Counted from the first letter of the stretch, positions 27,120 to 37,106 are shown. The stretch is 64,000 nt of DNA from an uncultured delta proteobacterium (GCA_963727625.1 CAVSHR010000012.1:128001-192000); one strand, 5' to 3'. Made by a program: numbers and translations. The notes: a model not told the origin generated them from the letters alone.

Positions 27120-29027
27120 ATGGCAAATCCTGATTACGCGAACTTCTTTCCGAGTCAGCGCCGGACCCGCTTTCCCGGCGGCTACATGGGAAAAATCCTG
27201 CGCGTCGATATGACCAGCGGTAAGCTGACCGATGTTAACCTCCCTGAAGAGCCGTTCTTGCGCAAATATTGGGGCGGCCAACTATTTGCCGAATACGTGT
27301 TGCTGAACGAACTTCCCCGCGACATCGATCCATACGACGCTAAAAACATTATCGTCGGCATGACCGGTCCGATCACCGGCACCGGTTTTACGCCGGGCGG
27401 GACGAAGATGTGCTTCGTTTACCTGAGCCCCGCCACGCGCCGCACTCTCGGCCGCGGCGCGACCAGCGGTTACTTCGGAACGTCGCTTAAAGCCGCCGGC
27501 TATGACGGTCTGATTATCACCGGCGCGGCGCAGACGCCGAACTATCTCTACATCGGCGAAGACAAAGTTGAGCTCCGCGACGCAAGCCACGTCTGGGGCA
27601 AGGGCATCAGAGACACCGAAGATATGCTCCGCAAGGAATCCGGTCACCGGGACGCGCGCGTCGGCTGCATCGGCCCGGCCGGTGAAAATCTTATTCGCGC
27701 GGCGATGCTGGTCAACGACTACAATCACACCGCCGCGCACGGCTTGGGCGCGGTCATGGGTTCGAAGAAATTAAAAGCCTTTGTCGCCTGGGGCACCAAA
27801 CGACCGCGTCTGCACGACAAGCATCGACTGATCGATGCCGGTATGCGGTGGGCAAAAGCGATTGCGTCGCGAAAAACCACAGTCAAAAAAAGATTGACCA
27901 GCGTCGGCCACGGTGAAGATTGGGGTGCGATTACAAAACTCAACTGGCGCAGCACGATCATCACCGACGAGGCCAAGGGCTTGGATCAAAACCGCGTGAC
28001 CTTGCGTCCTTGCTTCCAATGCCCGCGCATGTGCCCCTGGGATGTCGAAATCGGCGAAGGTCGCCACACCGGCAAGATCGGTCATTTCAACGCCGGCAGC
28101 GAGTGGATGGACACTTTTTACAACCTCGGCTTCAAAGGCAACGACGTCCTCTATCTCTCCGAACGGATCAACGATCTCGGCATCGAGTGCAGCCACTTCG
28201 CTTGCGGCGCGGGGCTGGCCTTCGAAGCCTGGGAGAAAGGCGTCCTCGGTCCCGGCAAGACCGACGGCTTGAAACTCGAATGGGGCGATCTCGAAGCCGT
28301 GGAAACCTTGCTCGAGCGTTGCGCTCGGCGGGAAACTTGGCTCGGCAACATTCTCGCCGACGGCCCAAAAGAGCTCGCTGAAGAATTGGGCGGCGAAGCC
28401 AAGAATTGGGTCGTGCACACCAAGGGCGGCACACCGGCGCAGCATGAGTGGCGACCGCTGCTGAGCCAAATGCTGCGGGAACTAGTCGCCAGCGGCGGTA
28501 TGAAACCGCAGGGCGCGGGCGGTACGGAACCCCCTGCCGACTTGCATTACCGGGAAAAATGGGGACCTCTCGTTCCCAATCAACCGGATGGCTGGACGAG
28601 TTCGCATCTCATCACCGAGCAGATTCGCCAGGCCTGTGGTTTGATGGGTGGTTGCTGGTTCGCGTTGAATGACAAACCGCCCGATGGCATCCAGAGCATG
28701 CTCGACTCGCTCAATGCCACCACCGGCTGGGACGTCAGTCTGGATGAGCTGGTGGACGCCGGCCACCGGGCAATTATTTTACAGAGCCTCTTCGGCACCC
28801 AGCGCGGTTGGATTGCCGAGGATGACTGGCAAGATGTCGGCCCCCGTTTTTTAGAGCCGATCCCCGACGGCAAATACAAAGGATTCACCATCGCCAAGTG
28901 GCTCCCGGATCTGGTCTATGAGTACTATCGGATCTCCGGCCGTCATGAAAAAACCGGCCGCCCTTATAGGGATACGCTGACCCGGCTCGGCCTTGAAGAG
29001 TTTCAAGAGTGGAGTCAGTTGGATTGA
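27120..29027 (+). CDS. Aldehyde:ferredoxin oxidoreductase family protein (paralog 2)
   Basis: Same motifs as 19695..21563 with long identical blocks. Confidence 0.9.
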   Translation: MANPDYANFFPSQRRTRFPGGYMGKILRVDMTSGKLTDVNLPEEPFLRKYWGGQLFAEYVLLNELPRDIDPYDAKNIIVGMTGPITGTGFTPGGTKMCFVYLSPATRRTLGRGATSGYFGTSLKAAGYDGLIITGAAQTPNYLYIGEDKVELRDASHVWGKGIRDTEDMLRKESGHRDARVGCIGPAGENLIRAAMLVNDYNHTAAHGLGAVMGSKKLKAFVAWGTKRPRLHDKHRLIDAGMRWAKAIASRKTTVKKRLTSVGHGEDWGAITKLNWRSTIITDEAKGLDQNRVTLRPCFQCPRMCPWDVEIGEGRHTGKIGHFNAGSEWMDTFYNLGFKGNDVLYLSERINDLGIECSHFACGAGLAFEAWEKGVLGPGKTDGLKLEWGDLEAVETLLERCARRETWLGNILADGPKELAEELGGEAKNWVVHTKGGTPAQHEWRPLLSQMLRELVASGGMKPQGAGGTEPPADLHYREKWGPLVPNQPDGWTSSHLITEQIRQACGLMGGCWFALNDKPPDGIQSMLDSLNATTGWDVSLDELVDAGHRAIILQSLFGTQRGWIAEDDWQDVGPRFLEPIPDGKYKGFTIAKWLPDLVYEYYRISGRHEKTGRPYRDTLTRLGLEEFQEWSQLD

Positions 29028-29049
29028 ATGCAGCCACAAGGAGAGGACG

Positions 29050-30042
29050 ATGCGAAAATTTAAGCAAGTAACGACGACCCTTTTTATTCTTCTACTCGCC
29101 ACCCTATTTTTCGTTCCGCGCGGTCAGGCCCAAACCCTCAAGAAAGTCCGCATGGGCAGCTCGTCGACCAACGTTTCCTTTCTCGCCATTTACACCGCGT
29201 TACACCGCGGCTTTTACAAAGACGAGGGCATCGATTTGGAAATTATCCAGATGTCGGCGAACCTGACCAGCGCGGCGATTTTATCGGGAGATCTGGACTA
29301 CAGCGCCGCGGTAACCGGGTTGATCGGCGGCGCCGTGCGTGGCCAACCCATGAAGGTGTTGTTATTTACCGTAGAGCGGCCCCTATTGTTTCTCATGAGC
29401 AGAAAGGAGATCAAAGACCCCAAACAGCTCAGAGGTAAAAAAATCGCCGGTAGTTCGCCCGGGGGGTCGGCAACACTACTTGGCTACCGAGTCTTGCGGC
29501 ATTTCGGCCTTGAGCCGGGACGGGATGTCTCTGTCCTGCCGATGGGTGGCACCGCCGCCGGGCGATTTGCCGTGTTGGAATCGGGAGTGGTCGACGCCTC
29601 GCTGCTGTCCGTGCCGGAAAACATCATTGCCTTGGAAAAAGGTTACAACGAACTGATCTTTCTCGGCGATATCCTGCAATTTGCCCAAAACGGATTTGGC
29701 ACCTCGGAAAAGAAAATACGGGACAATCCCGACCAGGTTTACCGGATGGTGCGGGCGACGCTGCGCGGATTACAGTTCATTTGGGATAAGAACAACCGGG
29801 ATGCCGTGACCGACGTGATGATGAAGCAATGGCGAGTGACCGACCGAAAGATGGCCGCAGAAATGGCCAAGCAAGTTTCCCGCGTTTTAACCAAAGACGC
29901 CAAGGTCAGCCCCGAGTCCGTGCAGGTGGTCATCGATTCACAGCGGGAAAATGCCAAGGTGACGAAGCCCATCTCCGTGTCCGATGTGGTCGACTACAGT
30001 TTTTTAGATAAGGCGCGGAAGGAGTTGGGATTCACGAGGTAA
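29050..30042 (+). CDS. ABC-type substrate-binding protein (NMT1/SsuA-like)
   Basis: Signal peptide, GFYKDEGIDLE, LRGKKIAGSS, VVDYSF. Confidence 0.85.
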   Translation: MRKFKQVTTTLFILLLATLFFVPRGQAQTLKKVRMGSSSTNVSFLAIYTALHRGFYKDEGIDLEIIQMSANLTSAAILSGDLDYSAAVTGLIGGAVRGQPMKVLLFTVERPLLFLMSRKEIKDPKQLRGKKIAGSSPGGSATLLGYRVLRHFGLEPGRDVSVLPMGGTAAGRFAVLESGVVDASLLSVPENIIALEKGYNELIFLGDILQFAQNGFGTSEKKIRDNPDQVYRMVRATLRGLQFIWDKNNRDAVTDVMMKQWRVTDRKMAAEMAKQVSRVLTKDAKVSPESVQVVIDSQRENAKVTKPISVSDVVDYSFLDKARKELGFTR

Positions 30043-30211
30043 TCTGGACTTTGGGGCCTCCTGTCCAGCGTCTCGATTCCAAAACTCGCAAAACCGCGGC
30101 GAACCCCTGCAAATCACATCTACTCGGGACTCAAGCCCGTAATGAAAACCAATAAGATTGAATCAAGTCAAAACCTTAAATCCGGAAACTCTAGAGTCTA
30201 GACCCGAGGCT

Positions 30212-31243
30212 CTAGACTCTTATGAGAGGATCAATAATCACCTTGATTGAATCCTGCCCGCTGGCCGTTAGTCGGAAACCCAAGCCGGCTTGCGCCAGCG
30301 GCAGACGATGCGTGACCATTTCACCGACGCGCACCTTGCGATTGCGGATAAGCCCCAGCGATTCTTTCAGATCATCGCCGCTCCCGGCGTAGGAAGTCAC
30401 CACGTTTATTTCATCGCGCCAGAAATCGAATAACGGAATCGCTACATCGACACCGGCAACCGTCGGAGCGAAGAACAGTAAGGTGCCGCCTCGATCGATC
30501 GACCGGACTGCCTGTTGGATCGCCGGCATGGCGCCGGTGCAAACGATGACAAGATCCGCCAATCGTCCTTCGTTCAAATCGCGCAGCCGTACCGGTACCT
30601 CCTCAGCCCCATGAATCGTCGCGTCGGCACCGAACTGCACGGCGGCCTTGAGACGAAAATCGCTGATGTCGGTCGCAACGATGCGCGTCGCGCCGCGCGC
30701 GCGGGCGAGCTGGATATGCATCAATCCGGAAATGCCGCTGCCGATCACCAGCACGGTCTGGCCCGCCGCCACGCCGGCAAATCGCTGCGACCGCACGACA
30801 CAGGCGAGCGGCTCGATGAACGAGCCCTCATCGAAGGTCATCGTGTCGGGAATACGCAAAGTGCCCAACTCGACGTTGATTTGCGGCACGCGAATATACT
30901 CGGCGAAGCCGCCGGGATCGAAATGCGTCGTGCGCAGCAGGTCGCAAACCGACTGATGGCCGGCAAGACAATAGCGGCACTTGCCGCAGGGCACATGGTG
31001 AGAGGAAAACACTCGATCGCCGACCTTAAAGTCTTTGACGCCCTCACCGGCTTCGACCACTTGGCCGGTAATTTCATGGCCCAAGACAAGCGGCGCCTTT
31101 TTGACCCGGTACCACTCCATAAGATCGCTGCCGCAGATGCCGCTCGCGCGTGTGCGGATGAGCAACTCGCCAGGGCCGATCTTCGGAACCGGTATTTCCT
31201 CCAACCGGACATCCTGGTTGTTGTAGTAGACCGCAACTTTCAT
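30212..31243 (-). CDS. Zinc-dependent alcohol/polyol dehydrogenase
   Basis: GICGSD, GHE, CGKCRYC...C, GSGISG. Confidence 0.92.
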   Translation of the reverse strand: MKVAVYYNNQDVRLEEIPVPKIGPGELLIRTRASGICGSDLMEWYRVKKAPLVLGHEITGQVVEAGEGVKDFKVGDRVFSSHHVPCGKCRYCLAGHQSVCDLLRTTHFDPGGFAEYIRVPQINVELGTLRIPDTMTFDEGSFIEPLACVVRSQRFAGVAAGQTVLVIGSGISGLMHIQLARARGATRIVATDISDFRLKAAVQFGADATIHGAEEVPVRLRDLNEGRLADLVIVCTGAMPAIQQAVRSIDRGGTLLFFAPTVAGVDVAIPLFDFWRDEINVVTSYAGSGDDLKESLGLIRNRKVRVGEMVTHRLPLAQAGLGFRLTASGQDSIKVIIDPLIRV

Positions 31244-31433
31244 CAAGTTGCGGCGGTCTAGAGTCTCACGTCTCGGGTTCAGAGTAGAATGCTCGGATGA
31301 ACTCATAGAGTTACTTTAGCTGGTGATGCTAGCGTGCATACTTTGCGCCTCTGACACTCGACTTCACGATGTACTTCATGAGTCCACCGAAAAGCGGCTG
31401 TCCCGCTCTTTCAATCCGAGACGCGAGACGATT

Positions 31434-32240
31434 CTAACTGGCTCGCCTCTCCTTCGCTCCCTTCTCACTCTCGTAAATCTTATACGCCTCCTTAACCGAG
31501 ACATTTTCATGCACGATCGCCCGCACGGCTTTGATCATCCCGACTGGCGAATCGGATTGAAAGATATTCCGCCCCATATCGACGCCAACCGCGCCGCCTT
31601 TGACGGCGTTGTGGGTCAGTTCCAAAGCTTCCAGCTCGGGCGTCTTCTTGCCACCGGCGATGATCACGGGGATCGGACAGCTTTCAATCAGCTGCTCGAA
31701 ATCGTCGCAATAGTAAGTCTTCACGACATGCGCGCCGAGCTCGGCGGCGATGCGGCAAGACAACCCTAGATAGCGCACGTCGCGCGCCATGTCCTTGCCG
31801 ACGGCGGTAACCGCGAGCACTGGGATGCCGTATTTTTCTCCTTCGTTGACGAGCTTGGTCAAGCTGACCAGCGTTTCCTTTTCGAACTCCGAACCGACGA
31901 AAATCGACAGCGCCATGGCGGAAACGTTGAGGCGAATGCAATCGTCGATGGAGACCGTAATCTCTTCGTTGGAAAGTTCCTTGAGGATGCTGGTGCCGCC
32001 GGACACCCGGAGCACGATGGGTTTGTTCGCCTTGGGATCGACCGACGTGCGCAGCACGCCGCGCGTGAGCATGATCGAATCCGCGAAGGGCATCAGTGGC
32101 TCGATGGTCTTGCGCGGCTCTTCCAAACCGCTGGTGGGGCCGAGAAAGTAACCATGATCGACCGCGAGCATAACCGCCCGGCCGTCTTCCGGCTTGATGA
32201 TTCTCGCCAAACGATTCGCCATTCCCCAATTTATCGACAT
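31434..32240 (-). CDS. lsrF: LsrF-like class I aldolase / 3-hydroxy-5-phosphonooxypentane-2,4-dione thiolase
   Basis: WGMANRL, AVDHGYFLGPTSGLE, RIAAELGA..VKTYY, GVDMGRNIFQ. Confidence 0.88.
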   Translation of the reverse strand: MSINWGMANRLARIIKPEDGRAVMLAVDHGYFLGPTSGLEEPRKTIEPLMPFADSIMLTRGVLRTSVDPKANKPIVLRVSGGTSILKELSNEEITVSIDDCIRLNVSAMALSIFVGSEFEKETLVSLTKLVNEGEKYGIPVLAVTAVGKDMARDVRYLGLSCRIAAELGAHVVKTYYCDDFEQLIESCPIPVIIAGGKKTPELEALELTHNAVKGGAVGVDMGRNIFQSDSPVGMIKAVRAIVHENVSVKEAYKIYESEKGAKERRAS

Positions 32241-32379
32241 AGTCGCCTCCTTGACTGAGATTAGCTTTGGGCTCGAAACTATCAAAAAAACCCGGCCTTG
32301 TGAACCTTGGAACGTACTCGTTTGACAGCCAAAGCGGCAAATTGCTAGGTTGCAGGCAAATCAACTTGTGGGAGGGCGT

Positions 32380-32802
32380 ATGTCGATTGAAGTCATGGAT
32401 ATGATGAAAATGGCCCGCGAAGAGGGCAAGCGCAAAGTGATCTTCAACACGAACCGTTTTCACGCCTGGTTGCATGTCTATCCCGCGCCAGGCGACAAAG
32501 ACGACATGCATTGCCACAATGCAGATCAAACCTTTTACGTGATCGACGGCGAATGCACGATGCATTTTCCCGACGGTGGCAACGCAGTGCTGACGCCCGG
32601 AATGGTCGCAACCATCACCGGCGGATCCTTCTACCAACTGGAGAACACCGGCAGCGGACCGATGGTGCTGATGGGCAATCGCTCAGGACCTTCGGAAGCG
32701 ATTCAGCACATCAACCACGAGCTGCGCAAGGATATTAAAAAGCTGCCGCGCGAAGAGATGGAGCAAATCCGTCATCCCGGCAACGTCCGAATCTCAGAGT
32801 AA
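32380..32802 (+). CDS. Cupin domain protein
   Basis: MHCHNADQTFYVIDGE motif; GGAGG RBS. Confidence 0.8.
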   Translation: MSIEVMDMMKMAREEGKRKVIFNTNRFHAWLHVYPAPGDKDDMHCHNADQTFYVIDGECTMHFPDGGNAVLTPGMVATITGGSFYQLENTGSGPMVLMGNRSGPSEAIQHINHELRKDIKKLPREEMEQIRHPGNVRISE

Positions 32803-32824
32803 GCGACTTTTCGCCGGGCGGCGC

Positions 32825-33706
32825 TCACGGCGTCTTACGTCCAGGCGCGCTGGTTCGTTGCAGCATGGGCCATAGATAACGCACGCCGAGTCCGGCGAGA
32901 ATCAAACCGCCGCCGGTCAGGGTCGCAACCGTTGGGATCTCGCCCACCGCCGCCGCCACCCACAAGGGATTGAGCACAGGCTCGATCAAAGCGATCAGTG
33001 AAGCTTCGACTACGGGCAATCTCTGCAATCCTTTCGAAAAAAGGAAATAAGGCAACCCGAGCTGAACCGCGCCCATGACGGCGAGAATCCCGAACTGGCT
33101 CGGGGTGAGCGCCAGATGCGACTTGACTGCGAACAATAATAACAGGGCGCACACGGCGTTGTTGACCCAGGTGAGATAGACCGGGGTCACCTGCCGCGTG
33201 CGCGGCAGATTGATCATATAGGCGGCAAAGAGCACGCCGCTAAGGAGCGCGAGCAGGACCCCGGCCATTTCGGGCTGCCCGGCGCTGTCCAGAGAAATAA
33301 TCACCACGCCCGACATGCCGGCCAAAAGAGCCAAGCCGTTCAGCCGTGAAATCCGTTCTCGCCGCACCACCCGAAAAAACAGAAAAACAAAAATCGGCGC
33401 AGTGTACTGCAGCACGATCGCGTTTGCCGCAGTGGTAAGCTTATTGGCGGAGACAAAGGCGCTGATCGCCGCCGTGTAAGTAAAAACGGAAACCAGCACT
33501 GCGCCATTGATCCGCGCGTCAGCGCGGCCCACGAAAGGCGTAAACACCAAGCAGGCAAACAAACTTCGGTAGAAAACGATGGTCAGCGGCGGCACCTCGA
33601 GGAATTTGATAAAGACTCCGGCCAAGCTCCACAAGAACGCCGCCGAGAGAATCAGCAGCCGACCGCGGAAAATTTCGGAGTGCTTAGGAACAAGGGTTAC
33701 GGCCAT
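32825..33706 (-). CDS. EamA/DMT family transporter
   Basis: About 10 TM helices, ANAIVLQYTAP, LIEPVLNP. Confidence 0.9.
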   Translation of the reverse strand: MAVTLVPKHSEIFRGRLLILSAAFLWSLAGVFIKFLEVPPLTIVFYRSLFACLVFTPFVGRADARINGAVLVSVFTYTAAISAFVSANKLTTAANAIVLQYTAPIFVFLFFRVVRRERISRLNGLALLAGMSGVVIISLDSAGQPEMAGVLLALLSGVLFAAYMINLPRTRQVTPVYLTWVNNAVCALLLLFAVKSHLALTPSQFGILAVMGAVQLGLPYFLFSKGLQRLPVVEASLIALIEPVLNPLWVAAAVGEIPTVATLTGGGLILAGLGVRYLWPMLQRTSAPGRKTP

Positions 33707-33803
33707 GATCTTTGGCGCGCCGAGGGTGAACGGCAGAGTAGCAAGGCGCCTTCCCGTCCGCAATCAAGCGAGCTGGACGACGAACAACCTCGCGAAGAAA
33801 ACA

Positions 33804-33839
33804 AAAGTGGGATGAGAGCTCTCGCCCTCATCCCACTTT
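33804..33839 (-). terminator. Terminator after rplI
   Basis: AAAGTGGGATGAG...CTCATCCCACTTT hairpin with T-run on the minus strand. Confidence 0.7.
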
Positions 33840-33882
33840 CACAAACTGGAAATATTTTCGAGCGCTTTAAAACCGTTCGAGA

Positions 33883-34329
33883 CTAGCTTTCGGACACCAC
33901 GGAAACTTTGAGCGACACGGTAAGATCGGCCGAAAGCCGCACCGGAACCTCGTGATCGCCGGCTACCTTGATCGGTTCGTTCAAGTGGATCTTGCGCCGG
34001 TCGACGGCCATCCCCTTGGCCTTGAGCGCTTTTTCGATCTGCATACTGGTCACCGAGCCGAAGAGCTTGCCTTCCTCGCCGACTTTCATCGAAATCACCA
34101 GCGACACGGTAGCCAATTGATCGGCGACGGACTGCGCCTGCCTGAGAATTTTTTGCTTCTGCTCGTTCACCACTTTTTTTTGGTGCTCGAAGGTTTTGAG
34201 GTTTTTTTTGTTGGCGGCTAGCACAAGGCCGCGCGGCAGCAGATAGTTGCGCGCGTAGCCGTCACGCACCCGCACCAACTCACCGATCTTCCCCAAGGTC
34301 GCGATATCTTCTTTTAAAATAACTTCCAT
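33883..34329 (-). CDS. rplI: 50S ribosomal protein L9
   Basis: MEVILKED...GYARNYLLP...KLFGSVT. Confidence 0.97.
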   Translation of the reverse strand: MEVILKEDIATLGKIGELVRVRDGYARNYLLPRGLVLAANKKNLKTFEHQKKVVNEQKQKILRQAQSVADQLATVSLVISMKVGEEGKLFGSVTSMQIEKALKAKGMAVDRRKIHLNEPIKVAGDHEVPVRLSADLTVSLKVSVVSES

Positions 34330-34339
34330 AAAGCCTCCG

Positions 34340-35293
34340 TCACGATACTTGGCTCGGCGTGAGGTTGTCTTTGCCCAACCGGCGAAAATTCCCCCACAGG
34401 TCGAACAAACCCAGCCCCATCACCAGCAGCGTAAAAATTTGTTGAAAAATAATTAACACATAGGTCAGACCGCGCAAAAACCGCGGGACGTTGTTCTTGT
34501 GAAAAAAAAAGGCGATCACCGCGAGCCCTTGCGCGAAGTAACAGGCGCTGATCGCCAGCAAAACGTTCAACGCCGCCACGCGTAAGACACCCAGCCCTGG
34601 CACAAACAGCGCGAAGCCGCAGGCGATCAAACCCCATACCAGTGGCTCCGGCGCTTGCCATTCGCGCAACACTCGAAGCGAAAACCATTGATCGCGCCGC
34701 TCGGGGAAACGGCGGCCAAGATAAAGAATATTGATCAACACGATGAATGCGAAGCTCAAGAACAGCAACGCGGGCAACAAGCGCACCACCATTTCGACGA
34801 TTTGCGGCGCTTGCTGCTTGAGTGTATCGAGGCTTTCTTGAGACAAGCCCATTTTTTCCTGCATCTGCATCGCCGAAGCAATCTGCTGGCTTAGCCCGTC
34901 GCGGAGATCCCGCAAGAGCACGGCCCAGGAACCGAAAAAATAATACGACAAACCCGCCGCCATCGTCAGCATGACCGCGGCGATGCCGCCGACCAAATAC
35001 TCGATCGCGCGAATCCGACCTAACGCTCCAAATATCAAACCTGCCATGACGGCAAATAGGCCGTAAATAAACGCCAGCTCTTCGCCGGCGAACAGAAGAA
35101 AAAGCAATAACGCGACGCCGAACACGGCGAGGCCGCTAGTGATGCCAAATTTGAAGCCGAACAACAGCACCGGTTGGGCCACAAAGGGCAACAGCAACGC
35201 GCCAAGCGGAGGCAAGCTAACGCCCCCCATAAACAAAAAAACGCTAGAAGCCAATGCTAAAAAAAACCTGCTGATGACTTCCAACCGCTGCAT
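34340..35293 (-). CDS. YybS/DUF2232 family membrane protein
   Basis: Multi-TM, YFAQGLAV, GLFDLW; typical position between rpsR and rplI. Confidence 0.85.
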   Translation of the reverse strand: MQRLEVISRFFLALASSVFLFMGGVSLPPLGALLLPFVAQPVLLFGFKFGITSGLAVFGVALLLFLLFAGEELAFIYGLFAVMAGLIFGALGRIRAIEYLVGGIAAVMLTMAAGLSYYFFGSWAVLLRDLRDGLSQQIASAMQMQEKMGLSQESLDTLKQQAPQIVEMVVRLLPALLFLSFAFIVLINILYLGRRFPERRDQWFSLRVLREWQAPEPLVWGLIACGFALFVPGLGVLRVAALNVLLAISACYFAQGLAVIAFFFHKNNVPRFLRGLTYVLIIFQQIFTLLVMGLGLFDLWGNFRRLGKDNLTPSQVS

Positions 35294-35316
35294 GAATCTT
35301 GTCCAGAGAAAAACGA

Positions 35317-35610
35317 TTAATTCTTGGCGGTGGTGAAGGGGAGCAGAGCCACACTGCGCGCGCGCTTAACGGCAGTGGTCAGCAATCGCTGATGGCGGGC
35401 GCAGTTTCCCGTGATTCGGCTCGGCGTCATCTTGCCCCGCTCGGTAACAAATTGAATTATCGTTCTAAGGTCTTTGTAATCGATCCGAAGGGTTTTGTCG
35501 GCGCAAAAACGGCATACCTTGCGGCGAAACATTGGCCGGCGCCGCGGCCCACCTCTATCGTCGTCTGATCTTTCTCGGTAGGGCCTCGGGCTTCTTTCCA
35601 TTTGTGCCAT
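35317..35610 (-). CDS. rpsR: 30S ribosomal protein S18 (Zn-binding type)
   Basis: [24 protein letters not shown]. Confidence 0.97.
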   Translation of the reverse strand: MAQMERSPRPYRERSDDDRGGPRRRPMFRRKVCRFCADKTLRIDYKDLRTIIQFVTERGKMTPSRITGNCARHQRLLTTAVKRARSVALLPFTTAKN

Positions 35611-35653
35611 TGTTTGAACTACCTCTTTCTCCAGGTTTTGCTATGAGCGACCT

Positions 35654-36025
35654 TCAGCCGTGATCGGCGTCTTTCTCCGTCTCGGAGGAATTCGGACCGC
35701 TGCGACTTAGAAACTGAACCGTGTTGGCAATGACCTCGTGCTTGCTGCGCCGATTGCCTTCAGGAGTTTCCCAGCGTCTCTGACTCAACCTGCCATCGAC
35801 CAGCACTTGCGCGCCCTTTTGCAGCAGGTTTTTGCTACGCTCGCCAACTCGACCGAAGGCGACAATATCGATGAAACAAACTTCTTCTTTTACCTCATCA
35901 TTCAAACGATATCGGTGATTTACCGCTAGCGGAAATTCACATACCGCTAATCCCACCGGGGTATAGCGAAGCTCAGGATCCCGGGTTAAATTCCCCAACA
36001 GGATGACCTTGTTATATTCTCCCAT
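35654..36025 (-). CDS. ssb: Single-stranded DNA-binding protein
   Basis: NKVILLGNLTRDPELRYTP OB fold; rpsF-ssb-rpsR synteny. Confidence 0.9.
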   Translation of the reverse strand: MGEYNKVILLGNLTRDPELRYTPVGLAVCEFPLAVNHRYRLNDEVKEEVCFIDIVAFGRVGERSKNLLQKGAQVLVDGRLSQRRWETPEGNRRSKHEVIANTVQFLSRSGPNSSETEKDADHG

Positions 36026-36052
36026 GGGGCGCTATCCAGGAGCATCGGGCCG

Positions 36053-36433
36053 CTATACCGGAGTTTCGGATTTCGCGCTATCTCCCGCCGGCGAAGGGTG
36101 CGCCTCTTCGCTCTGCGCTTTTGCCGCGGCAGAATCAGCGGCGACACTCTCCTCATCGGCCCGCACCGTCAAGTAACGCAGGATGCCGTCGGTTAGCTTG
36201 AGGTTACGTTCCAATTCCTCGACCCCTCGTCCCGAAGCGCGGTAGCGCAGCAGCGTGTAATAACCTCTGCTCTGCTTTTCAATCCGATAGGCGAGATCGC
36301 GGACGCCCCATTCATCGACCTGAGTTAGGCTGCCTTCTTGGCCCTCGATGACCTTCTTAAACTTCTCGATGAACTCTTTCATCCGCAGTCCCTTCTCCGG
36401 GTGAACCACAAAAAGGGTTTCATATAGAGTCAC
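36053..36433 (-). CDS. rpsF: 30S ribosomal protein S6
   Basis: YETLFV, WGVRDLAYRI, GYY. Confidence 0.95.
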   Translation of the reverse strand: MTLYETLFVVHPEKGLRMKEFIEKFKKVIEGQEGSLTQVDEWGVRDLAYRIEKQSRGYYTLLRYRASGRGVEELERNLKLTDGILRYLTVRADEESVAADSAAAKAQSEEAHPSPAGDSAKSETPV

Positions 36434-36504
36434 AGGTTATTACCCCCACAATAAATTTCGTTCTTTAACATAGACCCTGCCGGTTTACAATGCGATGGCC
36501 CGGA

Positions 36505-37071
36505 TCAGCTGACCCGGTTATATTGTGCCATTGCCCGTTCCGGTCCCTGCCGTACCAGACAGATGACGGATTCGGCGGCGCGATCAACTAACTCTTTCAA
36601 TTGCTCTCGCTCCTGTTTGCTGAACGGTTCCAGGACGTAGTCTGCGGCGTCGATACCTGAAGGCGGCCGCCCAATGCCAACCCTGACGCGCTGAAAAGGT
36701 ACTCCAGCCAAGCTCTCCATGATGGAGATGAGACCACGATGGCCACCGGCGCCGCCGCTCGGACGTATTCGAATTCGACCGAAGGGCAAATCAAGGTCAT
36801 CGTTGATCACCACCAGGGCATCAGCCCCAACTCTATATTCTCGGCCCAAGTCCGCGACCGCCAAGCCGCTTCGGTTCATGAAAGTTTGCGGTTTGGCCAG
36901 AACGATTTTTTCCCCATCCACCGTTCCTTCGCCCACCAAGGCGTTGCATAGTTGTTTGCCGACAGAAATGCCCTTTTGCAACGCGATCCGGTCGATGACC
37001 CAAAAACCCACGTTATGCCGCGTCTCCGAATATTTTTTGCCGGGATTGCCGAGACCGACGATCAACTTCAC
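36505..37071 (-). CDS. pth: Peptidyl-tRNA hydrolase
   Basis: LIVGLGNPG, TRHNVGF, KPQTFMN, GGHRG. Confidence 0.97.
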   Translation of the reverse strand: MKLIVGLGNPGKKYSETRHNVGFWVIDRIALQKGISVGKQLCNALVGEGTVDGEKIVLAKPQTFMNRSGLAVADLGREYRVGADALVVINDDLDLPFGRIRIRPSGGAGGHRGLISIMESLAGVPFQRVRVGIGRPPSGIDAADYVLEPFSKQEREQLKELVDRAAESVICLVRQGPERAMAQYNRVS

Positions 37072-37106
37072 GAATCGATACCCGCAAGGCCGGACAATGC
37101 GTGTGT

